A DNA stretch of 60,237 nucleotides from Myxococcota bacterium (GCA_040260805.1 JBDQPD010000006.1:1-60237); one strand, 5' to 3'. Positions 1-10,513 are shown, counted from the stretch's first letter. Numbers and translations are program-made. Notes: generated by a model not told the origin, from the sequence alone.

Positions 1-147
1 GACCCTAGGTACTGGAGCCCCTTTGACCGGCTCGATACGCTTGATCACCTCTCCGCGCTCAAGCGCCGCAAAGTCAGCGGCTCGAGGCGGAAGCGAGGCA
101 GGCGATGTGTTCAAACCGCCGAGTAGGATCAGACCCGCTGACAGCAT
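1..147 (-). CDS. Partial CDS (N-terminus only), secreted protein, possibly SRPBCC/START family
   Basis: ATG at 147 overlaps the stop of the upstream TPR gene (TGATG). It reads MLSAGLILLGGLNTSPASLPPRAADFAALERGEVIKRIEPV... and stays open to the window edge. Not in the ORF track. Confidence 0.6.
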   Translation of the reverse strand, partial: MLSAGLILLGGLNTSPASLPPRAADFAALERGEVIKRIEPVKGAPVPRV

Positions 148-887
148 CACAGGGCGTCCAAGGTCTTCTTACATTGCGCGGCTTTAAGCTTCCCCAAATC
201 CCGGCGCCAGTTTTTCCAATCCGGCTCTTGGGATGAGCTCGCCTTGACGGCGAGCGCTTTGGTCACGGTGGCGCAAGCCTTCTGCGGCTGCTCGGCAGCG
301 ATCTGTGCCTCGGCGAGATAGAAGTAGCCGCGCAAGTTCTTGGGCGTGCGTGCGTTGGCTTTGGACAAATACTTAAGCGCCTTAGCGCCGTCGTGCTTTG
401 GCCAAGGCAACGAATGAAAGAAGCGCCCCCACATCCGATAAACACCGTAATAGTCATAAGCGCTGTTCATCGATTCAGCGCTCTTCATGCTCTTACGCAG
501 TTTCCCCTCAGCACCTTTCCAAAGCGCGGTCGGGATCGAGACGCCCAAGCTCCACTGCCCCACCGCCCAGGCATAATAGTAGTGACCCTCCACGCGTTTC
601 GGTTGGGTCTTCATCGCCGTCTGCGCATGCTTCATCGCGAGACTGCCGAGTCGCGCCTTGTATTTGCTGTCTTTAAAGTAGGGCTTGCGCTCGGAGAGCC
701 AACAATAGGCTCGAGCTAAGCGCCAGGCTCCCTCGAAGTCTTTGGCATGTGGCTTGAGCTTGGTGACCACCGCCTGAGCGTTCTTCGAGAAGTTCGCCGG
801 AGTCCGGTTCGCCCAAAGCGCATCAGCTTCGGACAAAACCGCAGCCGAAGGGGCTCCGAGCATCAAATTGAGCGCCAGAATAAACAT
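147..887 (-). CDS. Secreted TPR-like (TatT/RMDN-like) helical repeat protein
   Basis: Signal peptide; TPR-like segments WRLARAY, EGHYYYAWAVG, GRFFHSLPWP...KALKYL; SD GAGGTG upstream. Confidence 0.7.
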   Translation of the reverse strand: MFILALNLMLGAPSAAVLSEADALWANRTPANFSKNAQAVVTKLKPHAKDFEGAWRLARAYCWLSERKPYFKDSKYKARLGSLAMKHAQTAMKTQPKRVEGHYYYAWAVGQWSLGVSIPTALWKGAEGKLRKSMKSAESMNSAYDYYGVYRMWGRFFHSLPWPKHDGAKALKYLSKANARTPKNLRGYFYLAEAQIAAEQPQKACATVTKALAVKASSSQEPDWKNWRRDLGKLKAAQCKKTLDAL

Positions 888-938
888 GAGATCACCTCAA
901 GGTTGGAGGAGCTCTTTACCTGAGCAAGCCCCCTGAGG

Positions 939-2375
939 CTATACGGAGAGTTCGGCGACCTCGCCTAAGCGGTCTGCGTAGGGCGCAACGGCGGGCTTGA
1001 GTTCGAGCTCAAGAAAACGTCCCACCTGCTGCTCGGCACGTCCGGTAAAGGTCGATGGATCCAGCAACTCGTCGAGGTCCGCATGGACCGAAGCGAAGAA
1101 CTGATCACCGCGGATGCGGTCGATCAAATCGTTATCCAAACCGCGCATCTTAACCTGCTGCGCAGCAGCCTGACTGTGGACACGAATCACCTCATGAACC
1201 TCTTGGCGATCAGCGCCCCGCTGCACCATCGCCATGATAATATTCTCAGTCGCCATAAAGGGAAGCTCGCCAGCAATACGGCGTGCGATCACCGCATCAT
1301 AGACCACCAAACCGTCGACGATATTGTGCAGAATCGAGAGCACCGAATCAGCGGTCAAGAAGGCTTCGGCAAGAACCAACCGGCGGTTCGCCGAATCATC
1401 CAAGGTCCGCTCCATCCACTGAACCGAGGCGGTCTGCGCTGCGTTTGCCGGCAGGTTGCTCAAGAAGCGCGCCAGGCTGCAGACGCGCTCTGAGCGCATC
1501 GGGTTGCGCTTATACGCCATCGCAGACGAACCAATCTGCTGCTTACCAAAGGGCTCCTCGAGCTCCTTGAGGTTCGCTAGCAACCGAATATCGGTCGCCA
1601 TTTTATGAGCCGATACGCCCAAGGACGCGAGCACCGACAGAACGTCGAAATCGACTTTGCGGCTGTAGGTTTGCCCACAGATGATCAGCTGCTGATCAAA
1701 ACCCATGGCTTGGCTCACGGCGTGATCAAGAGCTTCAACCTTGTCGTGATCACCATCAAAGAGCGTTAGGAAGGAAGCCTGGGTTCCGGTGGTGCCCTTA
1801 ACGCCTCGAAAGCGCAGGTCAGTTTGTGCTCGTTCAAGCTGGCGTAAGTCAGTGAGTAGATCGGACAACCATAGACATGCGCGTTTGCCGACCGTGGTCA
1901 GTTGTGCGGGCTGGTAGTGGGTAAAACCCAAGGTCGGCAGCGCCGCATACTGCTGCGCAAAGCGTCCCAGGGTATCGATCACCGCGGCGAGCTTTGGCCT
2001 GAGAAGATCCAAGCCATCTCGCAGCTGGATCAGCTCGGTGTTGTCGCCCACGAAGCAGCTGGTGGCCCCCAGGTGAATCACCGGCTTCGCCTTAGGACAT
2101 AAATCACCAAAGTGGTGCACATGGGCCATGACGTCATGCCTAAACTGCTTTTCGTAGGCCGCCGCGGCTTCGAGATCGAGGGTGTCGCGGTGCGTTTTCA
2201 TCTCTTCGATTTGCTCTGGAGTAATCGAGAGTCCAAGCTCAGCTTCTGCCTCGGCTAAAGCGATCCACAAACGGCGCCAGGTGGTGAACTTGAAGCGAGG
2301 TGAAAAGATATAGCTCATCTCGGCCGACGCATAACGCTTGGCGAGAGGGCTTGAGTAACGATCATCAGCGCTCAT
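939..2375 (-). CDS. purB: Adenylosuccinate lyase
   Basis: Motifs [22 protein letters not shown] and signature [10 protein letters not shown]. Start trimmed to ATG at 2375 ([11 protein letters not shown]). Confidence 0.95.
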   Translation of the reverse strand: MSADDRYSSPLAKRYASAEMSYIFSPRFKFTTWRRLWIALAEAEAELGLSITPEQIEEMKTHRDTLDLEAAAAYEKQFRHDVMAHVHHFGDLCPKAKPVIHLGATSCFVGDNTELIQLRDGLDLLRPKLAAVIDTLGRFAQQYAALPTLGFTHYQPAQLTTVGKRACLWLSDLLTDLRQLERAQTDLRFRGVKGTTGTQASFLTLFDGDHDKVEALDHAVSQAMGFDQQLIICGQTYSRKVDFDVLSVLASLGVSAHKMATDIRLLANLKELEEPFGKQQIGSSAMAYKRNPMRSERVCSLARFLSNLPANAAQTASVQWMERTLDDSANRRLVLAEAFLTADSVLSILHNIVDGLVVYDAVIARRIAGELPFMATENIIMAMVQRGADRQEVHEVIRVHSQAAAQQVKMRGLDNDLIDRIRGDQFFASVHADLDELLDPSTFTGRAEQQVGRFLELELKPAVAPYADRLGEVAELSV

Positions 2376-2475
2376 AGTGAGCCCCCGTAAAAGACGCGCC
2401 CGGTCTGTGCCTTTGACGATCACAGCTTGCAAGGTCCAAGGCGCCGATGCGAATGAGAAGGCAGGAGATCTTCCG

Positions 2476-3237
2476 ATGACCCCCAGTCAAATTCAAACCG
2501 TGGTTCGCCATGAGCGAGTCTACGCCATTTTGCTCTCGGTCTTTGTGGTCATCTTGGTGCTCACCAACATTATCGGCGTTAAGCTGTTCCTCGCCTTTCC
2601 TTACAGCATGAGCACTGCGTGTTTCGGCGCCGCCTGCACCCTAACAAGCGGGATCGTCACCTACCCGATCACCTTCTTGATCACCGACACGGTCTCGGAG
2701 CTTTACGGGCGCAAACGCGCTGATTTCATGGTCTTTATCGGCTTTGCCATGTCGTTAGTCATGGTCGTCTTGGTCCAAATCGTTCTGGCGCTACCGGGCT
2801 CGCCGGCGTGGGTTAACAAAGACCTCGGCTATACAGATGTCGCGGGGATGCAGACAGCATTTGAGTCCGTCTTTACGCTCCCGGGTACCTTAGTCTTTGG
2901 TTCGATGACCGCGTATCTGTGCGCCCAGCTCCTCGACAACCGGATGTTCCACTTCTGGAAGCGCAAAACCAAGGGCAGACATCTCTGGTTGCGCAACAAC
3001 GCATCCACCATGGTCTCCCAAGCAGCTGATACGGTGATCGTGAACTCCATCTTCTTAGGCTTTGGCCTCGGACTCCCCTGGCCGGTGGTCGGTGAGATCA
3101 TGGTCGCAGTCTATGTCTTTAAGCTGCTCATCGCAGCGATCGATACCCCCTTAGTCTACCTGCTGGTCAGCCAGCTTCGAACCTATCTCAATCTTCCCAC
3201 CGCTGAGGCGGAATACGAACCCAAGGAGGCTTCATGA
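2476..3237 (+). CDS. yhhQ: YhhQ/VUT (DUF165) family transporter
   Basis: Multiple TM helices; [17 protein letters not shown]-x-x-AYL-x-x-[17 protein letters not shown], IDTP motifs; SD AGGAGA before ATG 2476. Confidence 0.9.
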   Translation: MTPSQIQTVVRHERVYAILLSVFVVILVLTNIIGVKLFLAFPYSMSTACFGAACTLTSGIVTYPITFLITDTVSELYGRKRADFMVFIGFAMSLVMVVLVQIVLALPGSPAWVNKDLGYTDVAGMQTAFESVFTLPGTLVFGSMTAYLCAQLLDNRMFHFWKRKTKGRHLWLRNNASTMVSQAADTVIVNSIFLGFGLGLPWPVVGEIMVAVYVFKLLIAAIDTPLVYLLVSQLRTYLNLPTAEAEYEPKEAS

Positions 3238-3593
3238 GCCGTGACAAAGTGTTAATCTATGGCCTCGAAGTCGAGTGCGTCGTCGGCATCCTCCCCGACG
3301 AGAGGACGCGCACTCAAGAGCTACGCCTCAACCTCGAGCTCGATGTCGATTTTAGTTTGATCGAACACCCGCAGGACTATGATCATATCGTCGACTATGG
3401 AGCCGTCTCCAAGCTCCTCAGAACGCTCTGCTTAGAGGGGGAGTATCTCTTACTTGAAACCCTCGCCGACGACGCCTGTGCGCAGATCTTTGAGGGCTAC
3501 GCCGTGTCGGCTATTCAAATGACCATCGAAAAACCCGAGGCGGTTCCTGAGGCGGACTGGGTAGGTATTCAGGTGCACCGAACCCGCCCATGA
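3234..3593 (+). CDS. folB: Dihydroneopterin aldolase
   Basis: G-x-x-x-x-ER...Q, VDYG, LLETLA, KPEA motifs; ATGA overlap with yhhQ. Confidence 0.9.
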   Translation: MSRDKVLIYGLEVECVVGILPDERTRTQELRLNLELDVDFSLIEHPQDYDHIVDYGAVSKLLRTLCLEGEYLLLETLADDACAQIFEGYAVSAIQMTIEKPEAVPEADWVGIQVHRTRP

Positions 3594-4330
3594 TCGATCT
3601 GTCTGGACGCAAAGCGCTGGTCACAGGATCTTTTGAGCGAACCGGCTTAGGTGTCGCCGAAGAGCTGGCGCGTCTCGGCGCTGAGGTTGTGCTTCACGGT
3701 CGAGGAGACGATGCCCGCCGAGTCACTGCGCAAAACCAGATCAAAGCGCTCATCGGTCGAGAACCGCAGGTGGTCTTTGGCGACATCACCGATCCGGCGG
3801 TTTGTGAACGTCTAGCGCAAGAGGCTGAGGGTATCGATATCCTGGTCAACAACGTGGGCGTCTACCGCCCCACCGACCTCGCTCAAACCACCGCCGAACA
3901 TTGGCGATGGACGATCGCTGGAAATCTCGACTCGAGCTTTTATATGGCGCAAGCCTTTCTCGATCAGCTGCTCAACAGCGGACGAGGGCGGCTGATTCAG
4001 ATGGGTTATGTCACCTGCGACCAAGTCAGAGCTCAAGCTCAATGGCCGGCGTACCAAATCGCCAAAACTGGGGTCCATGTCCTGACCTTGAGTTACGCGC
4101 AGCGGTTTGCCCACAAAGGTCTGACCGCCAACACGGTGAGCCCGGGTCAACTCGCCAACAGCATCGATTTGGATCAAGCGGGTGATTTACCGACAGGGCG
4201 CCCAGGTGAGGTCTCCGAGATCGCATCCGCCGTGGCCTTCCTTGCCAGCGCGAATGCTGCCTATATCAATGGCGCCAATCTGAACGTAGCCGGTGGCTGG
4301 GAACCCCCTAGCAGGCGCTTTGAGGACTGA
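3590..4330 (+). CDS. SDR oxidoreductase, TmpR/pteridine reductase-like (dihydropteridine/dihydrofolate reductase)
   Basis: TGS-x-x-RTG nucleotide-binding loop, LVNNVG, GRLIQMGY, YQIAKTGV (YxxxK), NVAGGW; ATGA overlap with folB. Confidence 0.75.
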   Translation: MIDLSGRKALVTGSFERTGLGVAEELARLGAEVVLHGRGDDARRVTAQNQIKALIGREPQVVFGDITDPAVCERLAQEAEGIDILVNNVGVYRPTDLAQTTAEHWRWTIAGNLDSSFYMAQAFLDQLLNSGRGRLIQMGYVTCDQVRAQAQWPAYQIAKTGVHVLTLSYAQRFAHKGLTANTVSPGQLANSIDLDQAGDLPTGRPGEVSEIASAVAFLASANAAYINGANLNVAGGWEPPSRRFED

Positions 4331-4331
4331 T

Positions 4332-6257
4332 GTGAAACAGATCGCTCCCCTAACCTTGCTGGTGCTCATCTGCAGCGCCTGTCCGAAAGATCCTGAGCCA
4401 ACCCCTGACGCCGGGGTCGTGCTGCCGGCGCGCTGTCAGGCGGGAGATGAATGGATCGGAGATCAAGCGGCGTTTGTGAACGCATCAACCGATTGGGGAC
4501 TGACCGATTTAGTGGTCAAAGGCACCCGGTTGAATGTGCTCGATTACGACGGCGATGGCTTCCCTGATCTGTTGGTGCGCAACGGCGCAGGTCCAGACGA
4601 CTTTGGCGCCGAAGGGACAAGAACTCGTTGGCTGTTGCGCAACAACGGCGCCGGTCAGTTCATCGATGTCACACAAGCGAGCGGTCTGTTCACTGATCGC
4701 GAAGGCGTGGAGGGTGCGCTTCTTGGGGACGTCATGGTGGCTGGTGATGTCAACAACGATGGCTTCACCGACGTCTTTATCGCCACCTCAAGCGACACCG
4801 GAACCACAGCGAGTGAACTCAGGCTTGGGCAAAGTGGAGGTGGATTTATCTTTGCGGACCGAGCGAGTGACGCCCGCCGCGAAGGAAAGACCAGCGTCCC
4901 CTCGGGTTTGAGCCTAATCGATGCGGACCGCGACGGCAGGGTCGACCTCTGGATGACCCAAAACAAGACCGGTAACCAGCAATCACCCATGGCCGATGGC
5001 TTATACTTTGGTGACGGTCAGGGTGGATTTGCTGACTTCAGTATCGCCTCGGGGATCCAGAGCCGCGCCTGGGGCTCGGCGACGGTTGAGCAGCTCAACA
5101 ATGCCGAGGGTCACTCCTGGAGTTGGGGTGCTACCGCTTGTGATCTCGATGGGAATGGAGTCCCCGAGCTCATGTCTCCTGCTTATGGTCGGTCACCCAA
5201 TCACCTATGGCTTGGCGAGCAAGTCGACGGGACCGTGCGCTACACCAACCACTCGGTGGCTTCGGGGTATGCCTACGATCAAATCGAGGACTGGAGCGAC
5301 AACGAATCGGCGCGCTGCTGGTGTAAGATCAACCCAAGCGATCCGGGCTGTGGACCCTCAGTTCCACAACCTCGAATCAACTGCCAACAATCCAGCGACG
5401 CCTTTCGCTGGCGCCACAGCACCGACCAAGAGCCATGGCGCCTGGGCGGTAACAGCGGCGGCACCGTCTGCGGTGACATCGACAACGATGGACGACTTGA
5501 TCTGTTGACCAGCGAGATCGTGCACTGGGACGTCGGGCGCAACTCGGATGAAGCCGAGCTGCTCTTTAATACCGGTGAATCACCGCTACGATTTGAACGC
5601 CCTGGCAACACCGCAACCGGGTTAGCGCGGCGCAAAGCGAACGGCGCCTGGGACGAAGGGATCATCACCGGCAACCTGATCGATTTCGACAACGACGGCT
5701 GGCTTGACGTCTACCTCGGCGGCACCGATTACCCGACCAATCGCGGCTTACTCTACCGCCAAGAGCGTCCTCGCCAATTTCAAAAGGTGCCCAGCAACAA
5801 AGGCGTCGACTTCATGCGAGCCCACGGCTCAGCGGTGGCGGATTTCGACCGTGATGGGGATCTCGATCTGGTCGTCGGTCACAGCAGAATGCGCTGCGGA
5901 CAAACCGGCGAATGCCTCAGCCCACCGGTGGTCGGATTCTTTGAAAACCAGCTCGCGGAGCGCAGCAACTGGATTCAGATTCGATTGGTAGGCGGCGCCA
6001 ACACCAACCGTTGGGGTATTGGCGCTCAGGTCAAAGTCACCGCCGATGGCAGCACCCAGCTCCAAGAGCTCAGCGCTGGGCGCGGGCATTACGGCAACCA
6101 AAACGATCGTTTGCTGCACTTCGGCTTAGGCATCGCCTGTACGGCTGAGGTCGAGATCCGCTGGCCCGATGAGACCTTATCGACGCAACGTGTGACCCTT
6201 CAAAGCGGCTATCGCTATGAGATCATCCAAGGGCAACCGCCGCGTGCCCTCAACTAG
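4332..6257 (+). CDS. CRTAC1/ASPIC-UnbV family FG-GAP repeat lipoprotein
   Basis: Lipobox-like CSAC; repeated DxDxDGxxDL motifs; C-terminal ASPIC/UnbV (GIGAQV...LHFGLG...EIRWP). GTG start at 4332. Confidence 0.88.
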   Translation: MKQIAPLTLLVLICSACPKDPEPTPDAGVVLPARCQAGDEWIGDQAAFVNASTDWGLTDLVVKGTRLNVLDYDGDGFPDLLVRNGAGPDDFGAEGTRTRWLLRNNGAGQFIDVTQASGLFTDREGVEGALLGDVMVAGDVNNDGFTDVFIATSSDTGTTASELRLGQSGGGFIFADRASDARREGKTSVPSGLSLIDADRDGRVDLWMTQNKTGNQQSPMADGLYFGDGQGGFADFSIASGIQSRAWGSATVEQLNNAEGHSWSWGATACDLDGNGVPELMSPAYGRSPNHLWLGEQVDGTVRYTNHSVASGYAYDQIEDWSDNESARCWCKINPSDPGCGPSVPQPRINCQQSSDAFRWRHSTDQEPWRLGGNSGGTVCGDIDNDGRLDLLTSEIVHWDVGRNSDEAELLFNTGESPLRFERPGNTATGLARRKANGAWDEGIITGNLIDFDNDGWLDVYLGGTDYPTNRGLLYRQERPRQFQKVPSNKGVDFMRAHGSAVADFDRDGDLDLVVGHSRMRCGQTGECLSPPVVGFFENQLAERSNWIQIRLVGGANTNRWGIGAQVKVTADGSTQLQELSAGRGHYGNQNDRLLHFGLGIACTAEVEIRWPDETLSTQRVTLQSGYRYEIIQGQPPRALN

Positions 6258-6591
6258 CACCTGCTTCATCCACAGGTACAAAGTCCAAGAACCGCAACCG
6301 ATCGAGCGCACAACGATGCGTCGAATTGAAGACAACGCCCTCGCTCCTGAGCAGCTCACGCTGCAGCTCAGGGCGCATCAAATCGTCCTGACCTGAGATC
6401 ATCCCCCGAGCGTTGATCACACGGTGCCAAGGCACCGCTTCGGCGCGGTCGTGTGTCAGCCGAGCCAGCGCAAAGCCCACCTGACGAGCAGCTCGCGGGC
6501 TGCCTAAAGCCGCTGCGATGTCGCCGTAAGCGCAAACTCGTCCAGCTGGAATCTGGACCACCAACGCATAGACTCGCTCATCAAACCGCAT
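6250..6591 (-). CDS. Alkyltransferase-like protein (Atl/YbaZ, MGMT family)
   Basis: IPAGRV-x-x-YGDIA, ARQVG and PWHRV (Trp replaces the catalytic Cys of PCHRV). Start trimmed to MRFDERV. Confidence 0.88.
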   Translation of the reverse strand: MRFDERVYALVVQIPAGRVCAYGDIAAALGSPRAARQVGFALARLTHDRAEAVPWHRVINARGMISGQDDLMRPELQRELLRSEGVVFNSTHRCALDRLRFLDFVPVDEAGAS

Positions 6592-6639
6592 CGTCTTCCC
6601 CGCCCTCTTTTTCCCGGTTTTCGTGTGCAACATCAAGGT

Positions 6640-8448
6640 ATGGCCTTGCTCGACGCGAGCCACCGCCTCCATGGTGAGTCGCCAAGGAGATTCATGGACG
6701 CGCTCGCAGCACTTGCAGCACACCCCTTACTCAAAGGCGCTGATGAGGCGGTTATTGAGGGTCTGCGTGGACGAGTGCGCTGGCATCACCTCCCGGGGGG
6801 TCGAGAGCTGATGACCGAGGGCGATATGCCTCTCGGTGTCTACGTTTTGGATCGGGGGCGCTTGCGCGCCACGCGCACCCAACCCGACGGTTCCACAAGG
6901 ATTCTAGGCGATATCATCCCTGGTGAGGTCGTCGGTGAGTTGAGTATTTTGATGCAAAGGCGACGCACAGCGACGGTACGTGCCTTACGTGACAGCAGGC
7001 TGATCTTCTTACCCTCTCCAGTGGTTCTTGAGCTGTTCAGGCAGGCTCCAGAGGCGGTCATGTCGGTGGTTCGAGACGCCGTGCGCCGAGCCGAGTCCAA
7101 AGGAGCGGCGAACCAACCGCCCCTGCGAACCATCGCCGTGATCCCTGCTGGCGAAGGCGCTCACCTGCGCGGCTTCGCCAAAGACTTAGCCCGCGCTTTG
7201 AGCGACTTCGGATCGGTCAATCACTTAGCGCTGCGTGATCGTCACTTGCTCGGCAAAGACCCCAATGAGCGCAAGCTCGTCGATTGGCTTCACGAACAAG
7301 AACTCGAGCATCGCTTCGTGGTTTTTGAGGCCGAGCCCGAGATCTGCCCTTGGACTCGGCGCTGTCTTCGCCAAGCCGATCGAATTTTAGCGGTCGGTAA
7401 CAGCCAAGGTGATGAGAACCCGAACGCGGTCGAGCGTTGGCTGGATTCGGACGAAGCACCCAGCGGGCTGGCTCCACGGGACCTCGTATTGGTCCATGAG
7501 CAAGAGCCACCCTTTGTCGGGACCGAGAGCTGGCTCGCTCGGCGAAAAGTAGCGGGTCACTTTCACGCCAGAAGGCGTCATCCCGAGGACTTCGCTCGTT
7601 TAGCCCGACTCTTGACCGGCGAGAGCACGTCGTTGGTGCTGAGCGGCGGCGGCGCTCGGGGCTTGGCGCATATTGGTGTGTTGATGGGCTTGGCAGAGGC
7701 TGGAGTGACCGTCGATGCCATCGCCGGGACCAGCATGGGCGCGGTGATCGCCGCCTGGTTTGCTGACGGGCACCCGCCCGACGCGATGATCGCATTGGCT
7801 CGAGAGTTTTTCGTTCAGCGCCAACCGATGAAAGAGTACACGGTACCGATCGTCAGCCTAGTCGCTGGCGGCAAAGTGGATAAAGGGCTCGAGGAGAACT
7901 TTGGTACCCGGCGTATCGAAGACTTGCTGATCCCGTTCTTATGCACCTCATCCAACCTCAGCGACGCCGAGCGCGTCGTTCATGATCGCGGTCTAATCCG
8001 GCGCGCCGTTCGGGCGAGTTTAGCGATCCCTGGCGTGCTTCCTCCGGTGCCTTGGCACGGCGATTTACTGGTCGATGGCGGCGCGTTGAACAATCTCCCG
8101 GTCGATACGCTCGCCGAGCGCTACCCTGGCCACTGCATCGCCTGTGACGTCGGCCAAGACCGCGCCCTTAGGGTACCCGATGACTGGGAAAAGCTGCCGG
8201 CTTCGGGAACCAGTTTGTGGCGTCGGATCACCGCCTCGTCTGAGGTGGAAACTCCACATATGATCGATCTTTTATACCGAAGCGCTATCCTCGGATCGGC
8301 GCGCCGGACCGCAGAGATGCATTACCGCGCAGATCAATCGATCAGGCCATTGGTTTCGCACATCAATACGCTCGACTTTGACCAGCTTGACGAGGCGGTG
8401 AGCCTCGGTCGTGAGGCGGTGCATTTGAATTTATCGATCGACGAGTGA
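6640..8448 (+). CDS. Cyclic-nucleotide-binding domain plus patatin-like phospholipase (NTE family)
   Basis: cNMP domain (GEVVGELS...RTATV); patatin motifs GGGARG, GTSMG, DGG. Exact start uncertain (6625-6694). Confidence 0.9.
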   Translation: MALLDASHRLHGESPRRFMDALAALAAHPLLKGADEAVIEGLRGRVRWHHLPGGRELMTEGDMPLGVYVLDRGRLRATRTQPDGSTRILGDIIPGEVVGELSILMQRRRTATVRALRDSRLIFLPSPVVLELFRQAPEAVMSVVRDAVRRAESKGAANQPPLRTIAVIPAGEGAHLRGFAKDLARALSDFGSVNHLALRDRHLLGKDPNERKLVDWLHEQELEHRFVVFEAEPEICPWTRRCLRQADRILAVGNSQGDENPNAVERWLDSDEAPSGLAPRDLVLVHEQEPPFVGTESWLARRKVAGHFHARRRHPEDFARLARLLTGESTSLVLSGGGARGLAHIGVLMGLAEAGVTVDAIAGTSMGAVIAAWFADGHPPDAMIALAREFFVQRQPMKEYTVPIVSLVAGGKVDKGLEENFGTRRIEDLLIPFLCTSSNLSDAERVVHDRGLIRRAVRASLAIPGVLPPVPWHGDLLVDGGALNNLPVDTLAERYPGHCIACDVGQDRALRVPDDWEKLPASGTSLWRRITASSEVETPHMIDLLYRSAILGSARRTAEMHYRADQSIRPLVSHINTLDFDQLDEAVSLGREAVHLNLSIDE

Positions 8449-8458
8449 TCTCAATCAC

Positions 8459-8487
8459 TTGCGGGTAAGGCCGACTCCTTCTAGTGT
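8459..8487 (+). promoter_or_regulatory. Putative sigma70-type promoter
   Basis: TTGCGG (8459-8464), 17-nt spacer, TAGTGT (8482-8487), upstream of SD AAGGAG and ATG 8528. Confidence 0.45.
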
Positions 8488-8527
8488 CACGGTTGTGTGA
8501 ATGTGTAGCCGAGCAAAGGAGTCGACC

Positions 8528-10513
8528 ATGTCGCGTCTTGTTCTCTCTATTGTATTCGGTCTGAGCGTCTCGGGCGCTAGCTGTAATAACGACCCTTGTA
8601 ACGTCACCGAGGGTGGGCTCGATAACGCGCTGCACCCCACGGGTAGCCAGACGGTCGCTGCCAGCACAGACGCTCAGTTCATGGTGGCTACCAACGCCTC
8701 TGAAAACAGCATCACGCTGGTGCGCAGTTCAGACCTGAGCCGGCTTGACCGACTCGAGGTCGGAGCGACCCCAGAGCGCGTGGCGCCGGTGGGCGATCAT
8801 TTTGTGGTCACCTTACGCGGCGAGCGAGGCATCGCTAAAGTTAGCATTGAAAACAACCGCCTTAGGGTGATCAACCGGGTGGATACCGGCGCTGAGCCGA
8901 TCGGGATTGTTGCTTCAGAAGACGGAGCTAAGGTCTATGTCGCCGTATCGCAAAGCGGGATGGTTGAGGAGCGCGATGGCGTCACCCTCGAGCTGGTTAG
9001 AAGCTTTCCAATCGCCAACGAGCCCCGCTGGGTAGCGCTCCACCCGAGCGGCCAGACCTTGTACGTCGCCACGGGAATGGGCGGACACGTGCACGTGGTG
9101 GATTTGATCAACGGATCGTCCAAGGAACTCGAACTTCCGAGCGTCACGGTCTTTGCCGAGGATGAAGGCTTTCAGCCGACGGACCGAGCGCGCCGCATCA
9201 CCGGCGATCTCGCAGTGCGCAGCAACGGGCGCGAGCTGCTGATCCCCGCGCTCTACATCGACAACCTCAACACCATCGAGGGTAGCCCTGAGCCGAATGA
9301 AGAGGCGAGCGGCGACGGCTACGGAAACAGCGGCAGCGGCAAACGCTTTATCGCCGCCGTCGCCACCGTCCAAGTGGACGCCTCGGGCAAGCCGACGGGT
9401 GATGGCAAAGTGCAAGAACTTGAGGCGATGCATCACTCTGGCGAGATGCGAGGTGGCTACATCTCAAGCCTCGCAGTTCATCCCACGCAGGACCTTGGCT
9501 TTGCGACGATGGAGGCGAGCGACACCATGATCGCCTTTGACCTGTCGTCGACTTCAGACAAGTGCACCTACGGCACCCCGGGTGATCAAGGCGGCGGTGG
9601 CTTTAGCACCAGACCATCGATGGAGGATATGGCGATGCCAGAGCCGATGGGACAACACGTCGGTCGCGTGGATCAGCGAGGGTTTGGTACGCAGCGAGGC
9701 CCGAGTGGGATCGCCTTTTCAGGCAACGTAGCCGTAGTTCATTCTCGCCTAGCTCGAACGCTTGAGAGCGTAGCGGTCGGTGAGATGGCGCCTCGGGAAC
9801 AAGATCATCATGACATGGGAAGCTGGAACAACAGCCAAGCGGTGCAGACCAGCGCACTTGAGGACAGCAAACTCGACGCTCGAGTTCAGACCGGGCTGGG
9901 TATCTTCTTCTCGAACCTCAACCCTGAGGTCAGCGGTCACAACATCAACGTCAGCTGCTCGAGCTGCCACTTCGACGGTCGCAATGATGGCCTGACTTGG
10001 ACCTTTAGTGACGGCGCTCGCCAAACGCCAAGCTTAGCTGGAAACGTCTCATTGACCGAGCCGGTGACCTGGCGTGATGATGTCGCCACGGTTGGTGATG
10101 AAGTTCGACTCACCTCGCAAGGACGCATGGGCGGCGCAGGCTTGAGCGGCGCGACCCAAGCTGCGGTGACCGACTACGTCAACTGGCGCCCGCACCTGGA
10201 CCTGCCGAATAAAGGCATGGACAATGCGATCATCGCTGAAGGCCGCGAGATCTTCATGAGCGAAACAGCGGCGTGCAGCACCTGCCACACCGGCGAGCAG
10301 TTCACCGACTCCGAAATGCATCGGGTCCGAGGTTTGGATGTACGCACGCCAACTCTGCGCGGCATCGCGGCGACGGCGCCTTACTTCCACAACGGAAGCT
10401 CGAGCACGCTTCGTGAAGTGCTTGAACGCTCTCGTGATGGATCGATGGGCAACACTCGAGATCTGAGTGAGGCTCAGATGCAGGCCCTCGAAGCCTACCT
10501 AACCTCGCTTTAG
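8528..10513 (+). CDS. Lipoprotein: YncE/YVTN beta-propeller fused to di-heme cytochrome c peroxidase (bCcP/MauG superfamily) domain
   Basis: Lipobox SGASC; YVTN-like repeats (VGATPE, TGAEP); CSSCH and CSTCH heme motifs; [20 protein letters not shown]. Confidence 0.85.
   Translation: MSRLVLSIVFGLSVSGASCNNDPCNVTEGGLDNALHPTGSQTVAASTDAQFMVATNASENSITLVRSSDLSRLDRLEVGATPERVAPVGDHFVVTLRGERGIAKVSIENNRLRVINRVDTGAEPIGIVASEDGAKVYVAVSQSGMVEERDGVTLELVRSFPIANEPRWVALHPSGQTLYVATGMGGHVHVVDLINGSSKELELPSVTVFAEDEGFQPTDRARRITGDLAVRSNGRELLIPALYIDNLNTIEGSPEPNEEASGDGYGNSGSGKRFIAAVATVQVDASGKPTGDGKVQELEAMHHSGEMRGGYISSLAVHPTQDLGFATMEASDTMIAFDLSSTSDKCTYGTPGDQGGGGFSTRPSMEDMAMPEPMGQHVGRVDQRGFGTQRGPSGIAFSGNVAVVHSRLARTLESVAVGEMAPREQDHHDMGSWNNSQAVQTSALEDSKLDARVQTGLGIFFSNLNPEVSGHNINVSCSSCHFDGRNDGLTWTFSDGARQTPSLAGNVSLTEPVTWRDDVATVGDEVRLTSQGRMGGAGLSGATQAAVTDYVNWRPHLDLPNKGMDNAIIAEGREIFMSETAACSTCHTGEQFTDSEMHRVRGLDVRTPTLRGIAATAPYFHNGSSSTLREVLERSRDGSMGNTRDLSEAQMQALEAYLTSL

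Noticed and set aside
2376..2475. preQ1 riboswitch upstream of yhhQ
   Set aside because: No stem with a GUUC/AG-type loop followed by the A-rich tail; only divergent promoter space is evident.
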